IMG/VR virus record: IMGVR_UViG_3300047160_003205
Span: 1 to 64,000 of that record
Length of the DNA stretch: 64,000 bases
Source of the DNA: a virus
Lineage: Duplodnaviria; Caudoviricetes
Reading direction: 5' to 3' (one strand)
In this document: piece after piece, positions 56,916 through 64,000 of the stretch
Numbering within the stretch: position 1 is the first letter of the stretch
Layout of the letters: the number at the start of each line of letters is the position of its first letter
The notes under the pieces: generated by a model
Database searches by the model: none
Told to the model about the DNA's origin: nothing
The model's input: only the letters and a program-made list of their open reading frames with translations
Program-made: the position numbers and the translations under genes

Positions 56916-57059
56916 AGGAGGTCCAATCCTTTTGGAGCTTCACGTTCGGGGATGATAACGCCGGTGCAGATTAACCGATCCTTAAAACTGGAAAGCAGGT
57001 TGAATGCCCTGGTATTTTAGGCTCCTACTAATAGTATACAGCGTTGGGGCCGATACTAC

Positions 57060-58652
57060 ATGGCAGAATTATCGGCCAACGGCTTAACATCCTCGCTTCA
57101 GGATTTGATCGACAATGGCGATATAAAGCCAGGCGAATCAATCAGTTACCAACTTTGTAAGGACCTTTACATCTATCACCCAATGGGGGCCAAGCTCGTG
57201 GATGCCCCTATCGCATTAGCCCAGACCCAAGAGCGTGAGATCGCCGTTCCGGCAGGGCCGGAAAGCCGTCTTATTGAGGCTTTCGAGCGCGAGTGGGAGG
57301 AGCTAAATGCTGACCGCTACATCGCGAATATTGCGCGATTGGCTCGGGTTTATGGGATTGCTTCTATTGCTGTCATTATTGATGGTGTTAAGGCGAGTAC
57401 GCCCCTCGAATACAGCAAGCTCTATAAGCAATCGATCACGTTCTCGTGCTTCGACCCGCTGAATACGTCTGGTTCTTTCGTCCTTAATCAAGACCCCTTG
57501 GCCATTGACTTCCTGAAAATCATGGACATTCGGGTCCAAGGTGAAGCTTTTCACCGATCCAGGTTCGTGGCTATACAGAACGAAGACCCAATCTATATTG
57601 CGTTTAACACATCTTCTTTCGGTTTTACTGGCCGTTCTATTTACCAACGGGCGCTGTTCCCGTTGAAGTCGTTTATCCAAACAATGTTGACTGATGACTT
57701 GGTGGCATACAAAGCTGGGGTTATTGTCACTAAGATACGCCAGCCAGGCAGTATCATTGACAAGGCAATGAGCTATATTGCCGGCCTCAAGCGAATGTTC
57801 GTGAAGGTCGCGGCAGTCGGCAACATCATCAGCATCGCCCCGGACGAGGCGATTGAGACATTGAACTTCCAGAACCTCCACAATCCCTTCCAGATGGCTC
57901 GCAAGAACATCATTGACAATATAGCCTCAGCGGCGGGGATGCCGGCCCTCATCATCAATGAGGAGCCCCTCACGGATGGGTTCGGGGAAGGCATCGAGGA
58001 CGCGAAGAAGATTGCCCAGTGCATCAACGGCATCCGCTTGTGGATGCAACCATTGTATGCCTTCTTCGACAAGATCACTATGCATCGCGCATGGAATGAG
58101 GACTTCTATGCGGCGATCCAGCGGGACTTCCCCGAGGAGTATGGCGATAAGGACTACAACACGGCGTTCTATGAGTGGACCAATTCGTTTGATGCTATCT
58201 GGCCAAACCTCATCCAGGAGCCTGATAGTGACAAGGTGATGGTCGCCCACGTCAAGTTGAAGGCGGCGATTGAGCTGTTGGAGGTTTTGACGCCCCTCGT
58301 GGACCCGGAGAACAAGGCCCGTGTGATCCAGGCGACGATGGACAACATCAATGCCATGAAGGACATGTTCTCGACGCCGTTCGAACTGGACTATGATGCG
58401 ATCGCAGAGTACGTGCCGCCTGAACAGGAGATGATGCTCGCTAAGCAGGAAGGCGCGTTCGGGGGTGGTAATGGCGCAGCAGGCCCACCGAAGCCCAAAC
58501 CACCGAACCCGATGCAGGATCGAATCAAGGGTAAGACTGACTCCAGCACCGCCGTCGCGGACCTGGCAGCGTACCAGAAGAAGATTAGGGATTCCAGACA
58601 TTTTAGGAAACCGAGCCCCCGACTCACCTATGGCGACAGCAGCAATGTATAG
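57060..58652 (+). CDS. Portal protein (DUF1073-like)
   Basis: 530 aa upstream of head morphogenesis; ARVYG..., FHRSRF, GFTGRS, IASAAGMP, GFGEG..D. Confidence 0.85.
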   Translation: MAELSANGLTSSLQDLIDNGDIKPGESISYQLCKDLYIYHPMGAKLVDAPIALAQTQEREIAVPAGPESRLIEAFEREWEELNADRYIANIARLARVYGIASIAVIIDGVKASTPLEYSKLYKQSITFSCFDPLNTSGSFVLNQDPLAIDFLKIMDIRVQGEAFHRSRFVAIQNEDPIYIAFNTSSFGFTGRSIYQRALFPLKSFIQTMLTDDLVAYKAGVIVTKIRQPGSIIDKAMSYIAGLKRMFVKVAAVGNIISIAPDEAIETLNFQNLHNPFQMARKNIIDNIASAAGMPALIINEEPLTDGFGEGIEDAKKIAQCINGIRLWMQPLYAFFDKITMHRAWNEDFYAAIQRDFPEEYGDKDYNTAFYEWTNSFDAIWPNLIQEPDSDKVMVAHVKLKAAIELLEVLTPLVDPENKARVIQATMDNINAMKDMFSTPFELDYDAIAEYVPPEQEMMLAKQEGAFGGGNGAAGPPKPKPPNPMQDRIKGKTDSSTAVADLAAYQKKIRDSRHFRKPSPRLTYGDSSNV

Positions 58653-59046
58653 CGTCTCTCCCGATGAAGCCCGGAAGATGGCTTATAAGATTGAGTGCTT
58701 AGAGGAGAAGGTTGCCTACCTAGAGGCCGAGCTGGGGCTGAGTGACAGCATCCAGTTAGAGATGAAGATGCGATCAGCGTTTGCCCTGATGCCCACTGAC
58801 GCGAAGGTCTTGGCTACCTTCTACAGCGCCCGCGCCGGGCGGCCTCTCACTCGGGAGCACCTCGACGACATCATCTCGACGTTCTCCTGCCGTGAGCACG
58901 AGACGAAGGTGGTAGAGGTCTACATCTGTCGTATCCGCAAAATACTGGGCTATGCCTCGATAGAGAACATCTGGGGTCGCGGCTACCGCTTGTCTCCTGA
59001 AGGGCGCGAGAAGGTGTCCTCTGCGATTGAGCCTGTCTATGCATGA
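58645..59046 (+). CDS. OmpR/CtrA-type winged-helix DNA-binding protein without a receiver domain
   Basis: ETKVVEVYICRIRKIL...IENIWGRGYRL; start trimmed to the ATG at 58645. Confidence 0.8.
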   Translation: MYSVSPDEARKMAYKIECLEEKVAYLEAELGLSDSIQLEMKMRSAFALMPTDAKVLATFYSARAGRPLTREHLDDIISTFSCREHETKVVEVYICRIRKILGYASIENIWGRGYRLSPEGREKVSSAIEPVYA

Positions 59047-59828
59047 ACTATTATGGCACGCTCACGAAGGCGCTGGATGACGTCCTAGAGCATGGCTACG
59101 ATAGCCCAGCGCGCGTCGCCTACTGGGCGGGGCTGCTGAAGGAGACCGCTGAGGATAGCTTCAAGGCTCCTGGCGAGATGGAGGGAAACCTCCGAAGGGC
59201 GCTAACGTCTACCTACAGCCGATTGGTGGACCGGGGTGGGGTCCTTCAGCTTCACCCCCACCTCAGTAAGGTCGCCCTCGACCGTTTGAAACCCCAGCTA
59301 CAAGTGGAGCTAGACCGCCGGATCATGGCGGCGGCCTCGGTCGTGCGGATGCGGCGGGATGAGGCGATCCAATCGACCCTGCGGAATTTCATTGGGTGGG
59401 CCACCAGCGTTCCCAGCGGTGGTACTCCTTATATATATAGGCGCGCGAAGAAGGCTGAAATCCGCAGGCCGCTGTCTTCCGCGATGTTGTCCGAATCCAA
59501 TGTGGTTATTGACCAGACGGGCAAGCTTACCTCCGCCGTTCACCATTGCTTAGCCCATGAGTCCGGGGCCATCGCCGCGCAATGGCACTCTAAGTACCAA
59601 CAACCAGGTTACAACTATCGCGAGGACCATAAGGAACGACACGGACATGTGTACATTATCCGTGGCTCATGGGCCCATCAGGATGGGTTGATCGGACGGG
59701 GCGCGCGGTTTACCGACAGCATTACGCTGCCTGCAGAGGAGCCGCACTGTAAATGCAGATACAACTACCTGTACCGGCTAGACGAACTCCCCCCGGAAAT
59801 GCTGACCCGCAAAGGTCGCGCGCACTGA
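59043..59828 (+). CDS. Head morphogenesis protein (Mu gpF / SPP1 gp7-like)
   Basis: DQTGKL...WHS...YREDHKERHG...PAEEPHCKCRY. Confidence 0.8.
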   Translation: MNYYGTLTKALDDVLEHGYDSPARVAYWAGLLKETAEDSFKAPGEMEGNLRRALTSTYSRLVDRGGVLQLHPHLSKVALDRLKPQLQVELDRRIMAAASVVRMRRDEAIQSTLRNFIGWATSVPSGGTPYIYRRAKKAEIRRPLSSAMLSESNVVIDQTGKLTSAVHHCLAHESGAIAAQWHSKYQQPGYNYREDHKERHGHVYIIRGSWAHQDGLIGRGARFTDSITLPAEEPHCKCRYNYLYRLDELPPEMLTRKGRAH

Positions 59829-60199
59829 GGAAGTGCGGGCCGTGTACGTTTTGCTGTACGGCGATGGGGATTGACGCCCTAGAGAAGCCCGGTTGGCAGC
59901 ATTGTAAGCATGCTAGGTCTAATGGTTGCTCGATCTATCATGATCGCCCGGATGAATGTCGGAATTTTAGCTGCTTATGGTTGTTGGGTTGGCTTCCGAG
60001 AAACATGCGGCCTGACAAGGTTGGCGGATTGGCTGCTATGTTCGCAGGAGAGAACTACATTTATGTCACTGGACGACGAGACGCCGGTATAATCGAAGCC
60101 CTGCGGGCCATGGGCTGGAGAGGCTTGATCAAGGTAGATAACTCGCGCTGGACGCCTGCTGAGCGGCGCGAGATGGGAGAAGGGTTCATACATGGCTAG
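59753..60199 (+). CDS. YkgJ-like CxxCxxCC metal-binding protein (true start probably near 59820)
   Basis: CGPCTFCC...C..ARSNGCSIYHDRPDECRNFSCLWL. Confidence 0.7.
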   Translation: MQIQLPVPARRTPPGNADPQRSRALRKCGPCTFCCTAMGIDALEKPGWQHCKHARSNGCSIYHDRPDECRNFSCLWLLGWLPRNMRPDKVGGLAAMFAGENYIYVTGRRDAGIIEALRAMGWRGLIKVDNSRWTPAERREMGEGFIHG

Positions 60200-60701
60200 C
60201 AGAACTGCATGGACGGCAGGTAATGGCGTTGGCCTAACCTGGACCTCCTGTTTCGCTTCTGCCGATCTTCAAAGCTTAGCATACTTTAGCTCGGTTATGA
60301 GTTCGTCGGCCGACATCGCCAACGACACTTACCTCGATCAATACGCGGATGTTGCCTGCCAGTTCACAATCGCGTCGTCTACCATCGCCGCTGGCGCCTA
60401 CATGGCCCTATACCTGTTGGACAGGTACAACATCGATGGAACGAACACTTGGTATGGTGGCGGCCTTTATGCTTCGGGCGGGACCCAATCGACCACTAAC
60501 TTCCTGAGCGGTTTCGTAGGCTCAGTGGCCTTGGATACTAGGGCCACAGTGACGCTTATCCCGTGTATCTTCAAGGGCATCGTCCTGCCTCCGAGGCCAT
60601 TCCGGTTTGGTATTCAAAACGGATGTGGGTTCACATTGAGCGCCACGGCAGGCTCCCAGCGGATTTACTACACGACGTATAACGTCAACCTGAACAACTA
60701 A
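60192..60701 (+). CDS. Putative virion structural protein
   Basis: 169-aa beta-rich ORF in the head module. Confidence 0.5.
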   Translation: MASRTAWTAGNGVGLTWTSCFASADLQSLAYFSSVMSSSADIANDTYLDQYADVACQFTIASSTIAAGAYMALYLLDRYNIDGTNTWYGGGLYASGGTQSTTNFLSGFVGSVALDTRATVTLIPCIFKGIVLPPRPFRFGIQNGCGFTLSATAGSQRIYYTTYNVNLNN

Positions 60702-60705
60702 AGCG

Positions 60706-63700
60706 ATGGGGCACCTGCTCCTCCCAGGGCAAGACTGGGACCGCACCGTTGTTAGCGGCACCCGGTTTAGTTCGCACCCGTACCCAGCGGCACGCATAGA
60801 CTGGTCACACCCACTGACCGAAGGGTTGACCTTCTATTGCACCTTCGGCCAGGGCGGCCGGGAAATCGACCTTATCCGACAGGGTGCGTCGGCCAACAAT
60901 GCTAGCCAAGCTATAATAGATGTGGGGACGGCTGGCATTGGGATCCTGGCTAATTCCACCACTTCGAAGTCAGCCTGGGCCTATACCGCTCTTCCAAACA
61001 TGTCGACTGGCGATTTTACCATCGCCACCTTGATGTGGGTCGGCACTATTCCATCGAAGAAGGCGGTTACGATCTGCGGTCAGGATACGGCCGGGAGTAC
61101 GCCCAACCTGGTATTAGGCTGGTCCAGCGCCACGATCCCATTGGTAACGTTGACGGTGGGCGGCACGGTAGTCACTCATACGGCTAGCCCGGTGGCGAAT
61201 GCCGGAATGCAGATGTTCGCCGGCACGCGCCAGGCAGGCTCAGTGACTTGCTACTATCAGCAGGAAGGCCACCAGCTTCAGGCCACTACGCCGACGACCA
61301 TTACAACTTCAGTCAGTAGTTCTACTACCCTTCCGTTCTTCGGTGGCTCGGGGTCCGCCCTCAGCGGAAGCTGGTACTATCTCGCCTTTTGGAACCGAGG
61401 ACTCCAGGTAACTGAAATAGCGGAGCTGTGGAATGATCCATACCAGTTCCTAAGTTTTTACAACGACCCGGGGAACTTCACCCCATGGATGATGCCCCCA
61501 TCAGGGCAAATCTATACCCGAAGTATATCAGCAACCAGCACTGAGTTAGTAAGAAGTTACATTGGAAGTCGTGGCAAGTTCTTCGGGGTTACGGACCATG
61601 AAATTATCTATTCACAGCAGGGGATCAATAAGAACGTCGGATCATCGACGCCTATTCAGTCGATTGCCGCTGCTAAAGTGGCCAATAGGTCCATTGTTGT
61701 TGTTGCTACCAGTATGGCGGCTGCTGCTAAAGCGGTCTGGAGGGCCATTGCTGCCGTATCAACAAACCAGGTTGCAATTACTAACCAAGCTGTAAAACGC
61801 ATCATTGTGACGCAGTCTCACATGGTGAGCGCGATTAAGGCATTGAAGAAGGGTGTTATTTTAACAACATCCCAGATGGTATCGCATATTAAAGCCGCGA
61901 CAAGATGGCTTACGGGCGCCACTAATCCTGAAGTTGTTCATGTTACGTCCACCCGTGCCCGCTTCCTGACGCCCATCTCAGTCGCGTCCGTTGAAGCCGT
62001 CCGAGTGTTGAAGGCCATATCGAGAGGGGTCAGTATCACTTCTGCCGAGGTTGTGAATGCTGTTTTCTCAATTGCTCACAACCTGATAATGACTATCGCG
62101 TCATCCGAAGTGGTGAATGCGGCGAAGGCTATCGCGAAGACGCTGGCCGCGATCATTGATCCTGAGGTGGTCGCCGCTACCGCTAACAAGGTGGTGGGTG
62201 CGCATAATGTCAATGTGAATGTCATTACAACCGAGGTCGTTAACGCTTTTAAGGCGTTCGGGAAGGGCATTGGTGTAGTTTCCACTGAAATAGTGGCAGC
62301 CTTAATGTCACTATTGCGGGTTAGGACTGTCAACATATCCCAGTCTGAGGTGGTTAATGTTGCTAAAGCATTGACAAAGTTCGTGGGTTTAACCTCCACG
62401 GAAGTGGTAAATGCGGCGAAGGCCGTGGTTAAGGCTTTCTCGATAACTGATCCGGAGAGCGTCAGCGCGGTCGCGATTAGGTCTTTCCTCAGGGCAGTCT
62501 CTGTTGTTTCTGCTGAAATAGTCAACGTTCCGAAGGCGGTTGTTAAGTTTATTCACGTTACCTCCACACAGCTGGTCAATTCGGCAAAGGTGATTGGGAG
62601 GGCGATTGGGGTTACGTCTACTGAAACGGCGGCCGCATTCGCCCAGAAAGCCTTCTTGAAAGCTTATGGAGCGGTATCTGCTGAAGTAGTGAATGTTGCG
62701 AGGGCGGTGGTAAGAGGGATCAGTCTTACCTCCACGGAAGTGGTAAATATTGTTCGGCAGCTGTCTCTAAGCCGAGTGTTGAATGTTTCTTCGACTGAAG
62801 TAGTCAACATTATAAAGGCGATTGGGCGTGCTATCAGCGTTACGTCCGCTGAAACTGTGGCGGCAACAGCTCAGAAAGCCTTCCTGAAATCTACGGGAGT
62901 GATATCCACTGAAGTAGTGAATCTGACTAGGGCGTTGGGTAAGGGAATTGGCCTTATCTCCGCTGAGCTGGTAAATGTCACTAGGCAGCTGACGTTAAGC
63001 CGTCTTCTGGGGGTACTATCCTCTGAAGTTGTCAATGCTTCGAAGGCGATAAGTAAGGCTGTCTCAGGGATCGTGGACCCTGAAGTGGTGAATGCCTCGG
63101 CGATGAAGGCATTCTTACGTCCGGTTGGTGTGGTATCAGCTGAAGTCGTGAATGTTGCTAGGACAGTTCTTCGGAACCTATTGTTGTCGGTCTTTGAGGC
63201 CGAGGCCATTGCTACGACTAAGAATGTTGGGAAGCGTGTTGCTTTATTCAGTACCGAGGTGGTTAATGCACTGAAGGGCTTTGGGAAAGCCTATAGCATC
63301 ACTGACTCCGAAGTGGTGAATGCGACCGCGCAAAAGGCATTCTTACGACCCGTTGGCGTAGTGTCTAACGAGGCGATTAACCTCTTCAAGAACATGGCGA
63401 GGGCCATTGGAGTCGTCTCCAATGAGGCGTTCGCAGTGGCTAAAGGAGTGGCTCGCTCCTTCGCTGTTATCTCGGCTGAGGTGGTTAACTCCACACAGAC
63501 TCGGCCTGTCTCCAGGCTTTTTTCAGTCGCCAGCCCTGAAGTCGTCGCAGTCCTGAAAGGCCCGATAGGCAAGATCATAGGCATTACATCCAGTAGTGCC
63601 ATTAATATTGTTAAGCTTATCAACAAGTTCTTGCACCTATTAGCGCCTCAGAAGGTCGGCATCATCTGGGTACCACCCTACAAGATCGTGGTGGTGTCCA

Positions 63701-64000
63701 TTACGCAGGCCGAAGCTGTCCTTACTCTCAAAGCAACTGCCAAGATTATTGGCCTGACGTCCCCTGAATATGTCATCAATATCTGGGGTCGCCCCAACAA
63801 GGTCATTATATCGACACAGATCGGACAGTCGTCTGTTGTTAATGTAATCCCGTCTGTCTATCCATTCGTCCCACCCGTCCCCCCGATCTCTCCACCCTTT
63901 CAGCCAGTTGGATGGTGGACTGCAATCCATACGCCTGAGACGGTGGCGATTGGGGATGTGTCTCCGCCTCTAGCGTATGCTGCTCCTTACAATGTTCACT
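60706..64000 (+). CDS. Very large repeat protein (>1,098 codons, runs off the window): LamG-like domain plus many 18-20-aa repeats
   Basis: ATG at 60706; no in-frame stop found in the parts translated, and the frame is still open at 64000; repeats of the form (S/T/A/P)EVVNxxKAxxKxIxxxS. Confidence 0.8.
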   Translation, partial: MGHLLLPGQDWDRTVVSGTRFSSHPYPAARIDWSHPLTEGLTFYCTFGQGGREIDLIRQGASANNASQAIIDVGTAGIGILANSTTSKSAWAYTALPNMSTGDFTIATLMWVGTIPSKKAVTICGQDTAGSTPNLVLGWSSATIPLVTLTVGGTVVTHTASPVANAGMQMFAGTRQAGSVTCYYQQEGHQLQATTPTTITTSVSSSTTLPFFGGSGSALSGSWYYLAFWNRGLQVTEIAELWNDPYQFLSFYNDPGNFTPWMMPPSGQIYTRSISATSTELVRSYIGSRGKFFGVTDHEIIYSQQGINKNVGSSTPIQSIAAAKVANRSIVVVATSMAAAAKAVWRAIAAVSTNQVAITNQAVKRIIVTQSHMVSAIKALKKGVILTTSQMVSHIKAATRWLTGATNPEVVHVTSTRARFLTPISVASVEAVRVLKAISRGVSITSAEVVNAVFSIAHNLIMTIASSEVVNAAKAIAKTLAAIIDPEVVAATANKVVGAHNVNVNVITTEVVNAFKAFGKGIGVVSTEIVAALMSLLRVRTVNISQSEVVNVAKALTKFVGLTSTEVVNAAKAVVKAFSITDPESVSAVAIRSFLRAVSVVSAEIVNVPKAVVKFIHVTSTQLVNSAKVIGRAIGVTSTETAAAFAQKAFLKAYGAVSAEVVNVARAVVRGISLTSTEVVNIVRQLSLSRVLNVSSTEVVNIIKAIGRAISVTSAETVAATAQKAFLKSTGVISTEVVNLTRALGKGIGLISAELVNVTRQLTLSRLLGVLSSEVVNASKAISKAVSGIVDPEVVNASAMKAFLRPVGVVSAEVVNVARTVLRNLLLSVFEAEAIATTKNVGKRVALFSTEVVNALKGFGKAYSITDSEVVNATAQKAFLRPVGVVSNEAINLFKNMARAIGVVSNEAFAVAKGVARSFAVISAEVVNSTQTRPVSRLFSVASPEVVAVLKGPIGKIIGITSSSAINIVKLINKFLHLLAPQKVGIIWVPPYKIVVVSITQAEAVLTLKATAKIIGLTSPEYVINIWGRPNKVIISTQIGQSSVVNVIPSVYPFVPPVPPISPPFQPVGWWTAIHTPETVAIGDVSPPLAYAAPYNVH

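Noticed and set aside
57060-58652. Anti-CBASS Acb1 annotation sometimes attached to DUF1073-like proteins
   Set aside because: Size, motifs and position before the head morphogenesis gene indicate a portal protein.
1-64000. Prophage or temperate lifestyle
   Set aside because: No integrase, att-like junction, partition genes or host genes were recognised; the XRE gene alone is insufficient. Part of the genome lies outside the window, so this is not conclusive.

Overview
This window is most of a lytic-looking tailed phage genome (contractile-tail myovirus). No integrase, major capsid gene or endolysin is recognisable in it. GcrA-like and CtrA-like regulatory domains point to an alphaproteobacterial host (inference). 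Layout: tail and baseplate module (1-10.3 kb, +); replication and nucleotide-metabolism module (10.7-26.7 kb, -) with an SNF2 helicase, DnaE carrying an HNH intein, a DnaQ-like exonuclease and a ThyX-like/HAD/SDR/VOC/flavoenzyme cluster; secreted and early accessory genes (26.9-37.1 kb, -); primase-helicase and TerS (37.3-40.6 kb, +); a control region (43-46 kb); TerL, portal and head genes (48-64 kb, +) interleaved with small minus-strand genes. The two strongest observations are in the control region. (1) A 1,302-bp island (43665-44966) has no CA or TG dinucleotide at all. It hides two un-annotated genes that start with ATT behind identical TAGGAGAGAC ribosome-binding sites and lack internal Met, Trp, Cys, His and Gln. 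(2) Next to it, a RAMP/Cas7-like gene (45448-46113, -) is followed immediately by about 69 GGY-NN pentamers, the architecture of a VIPR-type RNA-guided system. Also notable are two degenerate tRNA-Glu-like genes, a candidate DNA base-modification pathway, and a >1,098-codon repeat protein running off the right end. All family assignments are from motif recognition, not database searches.
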